DNA of 64,000 nucleotides from Helicobacter kayseriensis (GTDB lineage Bacteria; Campylobacterota; Campylobacteria; Campylobacterales; Helicobacteraceae): NCBI RefSeq assembly GCF_021300655.1, contig NZ_JAJTNB010000001.1, positions 133,770 to 197,769 of the forward strand, read 5' to 3'. Shown piece by piece: positions 58,353 to 64,000 of this stretch (position 1 is its first letter; each line of letters starts with the position of its first letter). The notes under the pieces were generated by a model. It saw only the letters and a program-made list of their open reading frames with translations, ran no database searches and was not told where the DNA came from. The position numbers and the translations under genes were made by a program.

Positions 58353-59000
58353 ATGAGAGCTTATATCCTAGATCTTGACAATACGCTTTATGATGAAAAT
58401 CAATATCTCTATTATGTTTTTTTGGATTTTTGGAATAGTCACAATTTAGAAAATCAGATTTTTCACGCAATCTGCAAAAAAGTCCTATCAGATGAAGTTA
58501 GAATTAAGTCCAAGGATATTTTCAAAACCTTTTTAGAAGCTTCTCCCCTTGGCTATTCTTCAGAGTATCACGATCAGCTTTTTTTGATTTATTCCTCAAT
58601 TCAATGCAATCTTTCTTTATATCCAGACGCTCAAGATTTCTTGCATAGACTCAAAACTCTCAATATCCCTTTTGTTATTTTGACAAATGGTCCAATTCAA
58701 GCACAAAAAAATAAAATTCTAAATCTCAATATTCCGAGTGATTTAGTCTGCTATGCAAGAGAATTTGGAATCGAATATGAAAAGCCTCATCCCAAAGCTT
58801 TCTTAAGAGCTCTAGATTTTTTAAATCTCTCCCCACAACACTGCTATATGATCGGAGATAATCCACTCACTGATATCAAAGGCGCTCATCAAGTTGGAAT
58901 CACACCAATCTGGCTCAAAAGGGGATATGCACAATTTTTAGAACCTCAATTTCAAAACAATAAATCCATTGAAACCTTTTGGGAATTGGAAAAAATATGA
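58353..59000 (+). CDS. HAD superfamily hydrolase/phosphatase
   Basis: MRAYILDLDNTLYDEN (motif I DxDxT), ILTNGP, and GDNPLTDIKGA (motif IV). Confidence 0.75.
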   Translation: MRAYILDLDNTLYDENQYLYYVFLDFWNSHNLENQIFHAICKKVLSDEVRIKSKDIFKTFLEASPLGYSSEYHDQLFLIYSSIQCNLSLYPDAQDFLHRLKTLNIPFVILTNGPIQAQKNKILNLNIPSDLVCYAREFGIEYEKPHPKAFLRALDFLNLSPQHCYMIGDNPLTDIKGAHQVGITPIWLKRGYAQFLEPQFQNNKSIETFWELEKI

Positions 59001-59914
59001 AAGTCCTGTGGGCTACATCAATCTACAACTGTTTAATGCATGAAATTTTTCTCGAAGATTATTTAAATAATCTCAATAACCAAACAGAACAAAACTTTGA
59101 TCTCTTGCTTTTTCTTGATTGTATAAATTTAAAAACCATAGAAACAAAAATACAAGATTATAAAAACCTTAAACAAAAAAAAGTCTTCTTTTTTCATCAA
59201 GAAAAAGCTTTCTTATCCCCAACACAGATACGACAATTTCTTATCAATAAGGCCCATAAATTATCCTATGATCTATTAATCTTTTCGGACTTTGATGAAA
59301 TTTCAGGCATTAATCGTGTAGAAAAAACATTGCAACAAATTCATACACACCACTTTGCTTTCAATAGTTTTTTTCCTGCGGATGCGAATTTATTTAAACT
59401 TTCCAATCAACATTTTTATTACCAAATTAATGCTCCCAAGTTGCTCGATACCCTATCGCCCCTCTTGCATAAAAATTTTATTGGCTTTGGCAATATTGCG
59501 CTAAAAATTAATCATCCATTTTTTTCAAATTTTTACATTCCAAACAGTATTCTAGCCCCAGACTGGTTTTTAGCTTCTTGGATGCTCATTAATAATTTAT
59601 CTGGCATACAAATACAAGACACTTACAACCTTTATCGGCAGCACACAGAATCATTTATCGGATTCGACGGAGCACTTGATGAAAAGAGGCTTGAATTGGG
59701 TATTGCTGTGAAAATTAAACATTATCAACATTTTCAAAAAATAAGCCCTATCTACAGAAGACTTTTTATTCAAACCTTAAAGTTACAGACTTTTTTATCT
59801 TCCAAAGAAAACAAAAGAAAATATATTAGAATTATAAATACAAACTTTTGCACATCAAAATTTTGTTGGTGGGAAAATATCAAAATGCTTAAGGAGATTG
59901 CTCAATGGATTTAA
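58997..59914 (+). CDS. Hypothetical protein (glycan-island specific)
   Basis: ORF of ~305 aa with no motif I can assign. Its position suggests translational coupling with the flanking genes. Confidence 0.35.
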   Translation: MKVLWATSIYNCLMHEIFLEDYLNNLNNQTEQNFDLLLFLDCINLKTIETKIQDYKNLKQKKVFFFHQEKAFLSPTQIRQFLINKAHKLSYDLLIFSDFDEISGINRVEKTLQQIHTHHFAFNSFFPADANLFKLSNQHFYYQINAPKLLDTLSPLLHKNFIGFGNIALKINHPFFSNFYIPNSILAPDWFLASWMLINNLSGIQIQDTYNLYRQHTESFIGFDGALDEKRLELGIAVKIKHYQHFQKISPIYRRLFIQTLKLQTFLSSKENKRKYIRIINTNFCTSKFCWWENIKMLKEIAQWI

Positions 59915-60960
59915 CCTCATTAAAAGAACCCTATATTATAGCAGAAATAGGATGCAATCATAATGGAGACATAGATTTGGCAATAGAGATGATCAATCAA
60001 GCCAAACGCTGTGGAGCCAATGCTGTAAAATTTCAATTCTTTGACGAAAAATTGTGTACAAATAAATATTTAGATGAACTTGATAAAGGAATTGTTAAAC
60101 TTGAAAATGTAGACAAATGGGAAAGCAAAGGTTTAAATCTCCATAATATTCGAGATCAAATTAGAGCTTTCTCCAACACCAAAGAAGAATTTCAACTTTT
60201 AAGAGATTATTGCAAGAAAATTAATATTGATTTTGGATGCACAGCAGAAGATGCTTATGGCGTAGAAGTTGTTTCTTCGTTGGATAGCGATTTTTTAAAA
60301 ATTGCTTCAAATGATCTAAATAATCCCAGCACAATTCAAGCAGCAATTCAATCCCAAAAACCTATTATAATTTCTACAGGTATGGCCTCCTTAGAAGAAA
60401 TTGATTTAGCTTATTCTCTTTTTAGGGAAGCAAATTACAAAAACTTCGCATTGTTGCATTGCGTATCCATTTATCCACCACGCAATGAAATTGTTAATCT
60501 AAACTTTATCAATACCCTACAGTCTATCTATGATTGCGAAATTGGCTATTCTGACCACACTCTAGGATATTCTATCTCTCTTGCAGCAATCGCCAAGGGA
60601 GCCAAGATTATCGAAAAGCACTTTACTCTTGATAAAAATATGGAAGGATGGGACCACAAAGTTTCAGCTGATCCAAAAGATTTGGAAATTATTTGCAAAG
60701 AAGGGAAAAATATCTTTGAATGTCTTGGCAATAGATACAAGGTAGTCTCTCAAGATGAGCTTGAAAAACGAGAAAAATTTAGAAAAAGTGCCACATCGGC
60801 AAGAGATATCAAAGAGGGTGAAATTATCACTGATCAGGATATTGTCTATAGACGTCCAGGCACAGGCATCACCCCAGTAGAAGCAAAGTGGCTAATCGGA
60901 AGAAAAGCTCGACAAGATATTAGCGAAGACACAACTCTTCTTTGGGATTATTTTGTCTAA
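59905..60960 (+). CDS. N-acylneuraminate-9-phosphate/nonulosonic acid synthase family (NeuB/PseI/LegI) with C-terminal SAF domain
   Basis: YIIAEIGCNHNGDIDLAIEMINQAKRCGANAVKFQ is the NeuB TIM-barrel N-terminus. There is a C-terminal antifreeze-like (SAF) segment. 351 aa. Confidence 0.85.
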   Translation: MDLTSLKEPYIIAEIGCNHNGDIDLAIEMINQAKRCGANAVKFQFFDEKLCTNKYLDELDKGIVKLENVDKWESKGLNLHNIRDQIRAFSNTKEEFQLLRDYCKKINIDFGCTAEDAYGVEVVSSLDSDFLKIASNDLNNPSTIQAAIQSQKPIIISTGMASLEEIDLAYSLFREANYKNFALLHCVSIYPPRNEIVNLNFINTLQSIYDCEIGYSDHTLGYSISLAAIAKGAKIIEKHFTLDKNMEGWDHKVSADPKDLEIICKEGKNIFECLGNRYKVVSQDELEKREKFRKSATSARDIKEGEIITDQDIVYRRPGTGITPVEAKWLIGRKARQDISEDTTLLWDYFV

Positions 60961-61636
60961 GCAGGTTATTGTCATCTCCACTCATCCAGATGATGAGACA
61001 CTAGGAGCAGGAGGAACGCTACTCAAACATATCGCACAAGGAGATCATGTTCATTGCATTTTTTGCACAGATATCTTTGAAGAAGAAGGTTTCTCCAAAG
61101 AATCTGTTTTGATTAGAGAAAAGGAAATTACACAGGTTATCAACTCCTATAATTTCACCTCTACTCATCGGTTAGGTCTCAAAACAATGAAGGTGGATGA
61201 ATATACTAAAAGCACCTTGGTGACAAAATTTTCTCAAATCTTTCAAAGCATTCAGCCCAATATTCTTTATCTACCCTTTTGCGATGATGTTCATAGCGAT
61301 CATCGTGCAATCTTTGAGGCCGTATTTTCTTGCACAAAATCTTTTCGATATCCAAGCATCCAAAAAGTTCTCATGATGGAAACCCTGAGCGAAACAGAAT
61401 TTGCTCCAAGCCTTCCGCACAAAAGCTTTATCCCCAATGTCTTTGTTGATATCACGGACTTTATCGATCAAAAATGTCAAATTATGCAAATCTACAAAAG
61501 TGAAATCGCTCCTCCCCCCTTCCCTCGCTCAGTAGAAAATATTAGAGCATTGGCACTTTATCGTGGAAGCACGATGGGAGGAATCAAATCGCCAACATAT
61601 GCAGAAGCATTTATGCTACTTAAGGAAAAATTATGA
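60953..61636 (+). CDS. PIG-L/LmbE family N-acetyl-sugar deacetylase
   Basis: VIVISTHPDDETLGAGGTL is the zinc-binding signature. Confidence 0.75.
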   Translation: MSKQVIVISTHPDDETLGAGGTLLKHIAQGDHVHCIFCTDIFEEEGFSKESVLIREKEITQVINSYNFTSTHRLGLKTMKVDEYTKSTLVTKFSQIFQSIQPNILYLPFCDDVHSDHRAIFEAVFSCTKSFRYPSIQKVLMMETLSETEFAPSLPHKSFIPNVFVDITDFIDQKCQIMQIYKSEIAPPPFPRSVENIRALALYRGSTMGGIKSPTYAEAFMLLKEKL

Positions 61637-62514
61637 TCAAAATAGGAATCATTGGCACAAGTGAAGGAAATGGTCACCCATATTCATTTTCTGCTATTTT
61701 TAATGGTTACAATCAAACAGCAATGAAGGAAAGTGGTTGGATCAATATATATAACTACCTAGAAAATGAACCCAAAGAAAATTTCGGAATTCCAAATGCT
61801 AGAATTACCCATGTATGGTCACAAGATCCTCAAGAGATAATTAAAATTTCCCAAGCCTCAAACGTTCCCAATTTATGCAAAAATTATGAAGAAATGCTTG
61901 ATAAAGTTGATGCTGTCATTATTGCAAGAGATGATTGGAGATCCCACTATCCTATTGCCAAAACCTTTCTTCAAGCCGATAAATTTGTCTTTATTGACAA
62001 GCCGCTTTCACTAAATGATGTGGAGTGCAATTATTTTGAAAATTTTATACAATCAGGCAAGCTCATGAGCTTTTCATCTCTTCATTTTGCAACAGAGCTT
62101 GATGATTTGAGAGCAAAAATCCAACATTTTGGAAAAATAAAACTCATTCGCGGAATCACACCCAAAAACTGGGAGACATACGGAATCCATCTTCTTGATG
62201 GGATATCTGGAGTCTTAAAGTTTTCTCCAACACAAATCACAAAAAATATTTGTAGTCACGAAAGTTTCTACATCAATACCAAAGAAGGTTTTCTTATTCA
62301 AATTGATTGTCTTGGCTTTATGCAATATCCAATGCTTCAGCTTGAATTTTTCTCTGAAGAAAATTACTACAAAGCCAATTGTCTCAATGCATTTTCTTCC
62401 TTTAAGCGTATGCTGACTTACTTTGTTCAAATGATAGAAGGAAAAACAGATATCCCCACAAACCTTCACACACTAAAACAAATGAAAATTCTTCAAAAAG
62501 GAATGAATGCATGA
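61633..62514 (+). CDS. Putative NAD(P)-binding oxidoreductase (Gfo/Idh/MocA-like N-terminus)
   Basis: MIKIGIIGTSEGNGHPYS Rossmann-like start. Otherwise not assignable. Confidence 0.35.
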   Translation: MIKIGIIGTSEGNGHPYSFSAIFNGYNQTAMKESGWINIYNYLENEPKENFGIPNARITHVWSQDPQEIIKISQASNVPNLCKNYEEMLDKVDAVIIARDDWRSHYPIAKTFLQADKFVFIDKPLSLNDVECNYFENFIQSGKLMSFSSLHFATELDDLRAKIQHFGKIKLIRGITPKNWETYGIHLLDGISGVLKFSPTQITKNICSHESFYINTKEGFLIQIDCLGFMQYPMLQLEFFSEENYYKANCLNAFSSFKRMLTYFVQMIEGKTDIPTNLHTLKQMKILQKGMNA

Positions 62515-63164
62515 TCTTAGCAATATTGCAAGCACGTATGAGCTCCTCAAGATTACCTGGCAAAGTGGCTATGGATGCTAATGGACAACCAATGCTTGCC
62601 TATGAAATCTCACGCATTTTGCAATCTCAAAAAATCGATCAGCTTGTTATTGCTACTTCTACCAATCCCGAAGACGATATGATTGAAGAAATCGCAAAAC
62701 AATGTCATATTGAATGCTTTCGAGGCAGTCTAAATAATGTCTTAGATCGATATTATCAATGTGCAAAAAAATATAACGCAACACATATTGTCCGCCTTAC
62801 GGGAGATTGTCCAATTATTGATGCAAATATCATAGATGCAGTGATTCATCTTCATCTACAATCTCAAGCAGATTATACAAGCAATGGCGTTAAGCGCACT
62901 TTTCCGGATGGAATGGATACAGAAATCATGACTTTTGCAACACTTCAGAATGCTTTTTTAAACGCCAAAACACAAGAAGAACTAGAACATGTCACCTATT
63001 ATATCTACACTCATCCTGAGAATTTTCGCATCAAGCATTACTGTAACGACATTGATTATTCCCATATTAGATGGACATTGGATTATCCAAAAGACTATCT
63101 ACTGCTAAAAGACATTATTCAATCTCAGCCAAACAACACCTTTTCTTGGAAAGACTTATTATGA
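62511..63164 (+). CDS. Cytidylyltransferase (SpsF/PseF/LegF-like CMP-nonulosonate synthetase family)
   Basis: MILAILQARMSSSRLPGKVAM N-terminal motif, 217 aa. Confidence 0.7.
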   Translation: MILAILQARMSSSRLPGKVAMDANGQPMLAYEISRILQSQKIDQLVIATSTNPEDDMIEEIAKQCHIECFRGSLNNVLDRYYQCAKKYNATHIVRLTGDCPIIDANIIDAVIHLHLQSQADYTSNGVKRTFPDGMDTEIMTFATLQNAFLNAKTQEELEHVTYYIYTHPENFRIKHYCNDIDYSHIRWTLDYPKDYLLLKDIIQSQPNNTFSWKDLL

Positions 63165-64000
63165 AAGATTTATTTCATCAAATTACACTCTCACAACATA
63201 CAACATTACAAGAAGCCATTCTTCATCTAGAAAAAAATGATTTAGATGGCACCAATCGGGTTGTTCTATATGTTATTGATGAAGATCAAAAACTACTTGG
63301 CTCTATTATGGATGTCGATATTCGTCGATCCGCATTGCAAAATCACCTCTCGCCCCAAACTCCAATTACCCAAATCATGAATCCTGCCCCAAGAAAAATT
63401 ATCGAAGGACAAGAAGTAGATTTGCAAACTTATCAAACTTGGAAAAGATTCCCATTTATTCCAATCGTAAATCAAGACAATAAACTTTTACGCTTTAAAG
63501 CAAATCATGAAATCTATAATTATCCCAACAAAGTGATCATTATGGCTGGTGGTCTTGGCACTCGACTAAGACCCCTAACCAACGAAACCCCCAAGCCAAT
63601 GCTTAAAATTGGTGCAAAACCTATTTTGCAAGAGATCATCGAAGGATTTCAAAATAAAGGATTTTCTAGTTTCTTTATTAGCGTCAATTATAAAGCAGAG
63701 GTGATCAAAGAATATTTTAAAGATGGGAAGAAATTTGGCGTCAAAATAAACTATCTAGAAGAAGAAAAACAACTTGGCACATGTGGAAGCATCAAGTTTG
63801 CAGAAAGCTATCTTACCGAGCCATTTTTTGTCATCAATGGCGATATCTTGGCAGATATAGACTACAAACAGCTACTTACTACACACACAACTTCTCAAAA
63901 CGATATTACAGTTTGTATTTTTCCCTATTCTTATACAGTGCCATTTGGTGTAATTGAAGATCATTTAAAGACACCAATCACCATTAAAGAAAAACCAACC
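63161..64000 (+). CDS. CBS-domain-containing sugar-phosphate nucleotidyltransferase (PtmE-like); 3' end beyond the window
   Basis: The open frame from an ATG at 63161 (an ATGA overlap with the upstream stop) gives a CBS-like N-terminal half. It then gives VIIMAGGLGTRLRPLTNETPKPMLKIGAKPIL, the nucleotidyltransferase G-x-G-T-R-L motif. Confidence 0.7.
   Translation, partial: MKDLFHQITLSQHTTLQEAILHLEKNDLDGTNRVVLYVIDEDQKLLGSIMDVDIRRSALQNHLSPQTPITQIMNPAPRKIIEGQEVDLQTYQTWKRFPFIPIVNQDNKLLRFKANHEIYNYPNKVIIMAGGLGTRLRPLTNETPKPMLKIGAKPILQEIIEGFQNKGFSSFFISVNYKAEVIKEYFKDGKKFGVKINYLEEEKQLGTCGSIKFAESYLTEPFFVINGDILADIDYKQLLTTHTTSQNDITVCIFPYSYTVPFGVIEDHLKTPITIKEKPT

Overview
AT-rich Campylobacterota chromosome segment, most consistent with a Helicobacter species. 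Its gene order matches Helicobacter pylori neighbourhoods: coaBC next to pseB (HP0841/HP0840), and the HP0738-0740 ddl/hydrolase/murF block. From 1 to about 41.6 kb the genes are mostly housekeeping, nearly all on the minus strand: PBP2, the kdsC-lptC-lptA-engB cluster, rlpA, mltD, tatD, ribE, an addB-like nuclease, tkt, bioB, xseA, murF, ddl, pycB/oadA, an ABC-F ATPase, plsC, ctpA and clpB. Two accessory regions interrupt this backbone. (1) 15.9-22.6 kb holds a tightly overlapping four-gene minus-strand operon wedged between bioB and xseA. It encodes a type III restriction subunit (Res), a type III methyltransferase (Mod), a TcmP-family protein ('three-Cys-motif partner') and a DUF5131 / phage Gp37Gp68 three-Cys protein. 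Coupling the functionally uncharacterised TcmP/DUF5131 pair to a type III R-M system is the best candidate in this window for an undescribed defence or DNA-modification system. (2) 41.6 to beyond 64 kb is a glycan / nonulosonic-acid biosynthesis and decoration island, probably for flagellin or LOS glycosylation. It carries a NeuB-like synthase, three cytidylyltransferases, a CBS-nucleotidyltransferase (PtmE-like), a DegT aminotransferase, SDRs, a TylF-like O-methyltransferase, tandem hexapeptide (LbH) acyltransferases, a GNAT, a formyltransferase, an ATP-grasp protein, GT2 glycosyltransferases and a CstII/DUF115-like transferase. Embedded in it is an FkbH-like HAD protein with two acyl carrier proteins and an acyl-AMP ligase, which looks like an ACP-dependent module for an unusual N-acyl group on an amino/nonulosonic sugar. 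The island contains seven poly-G/poly-C homopolymer tracts of 9-13 nt, six of them inside coding sequences. One splits a GT2 glycosyltransferase (phase OFF). Others sit near the 3' ends of genes that overlap a downstream paralogue, so tract length sets both the C-terminal tail and translational coupling. No rRNA, tRNA or CRISPR array was seen.
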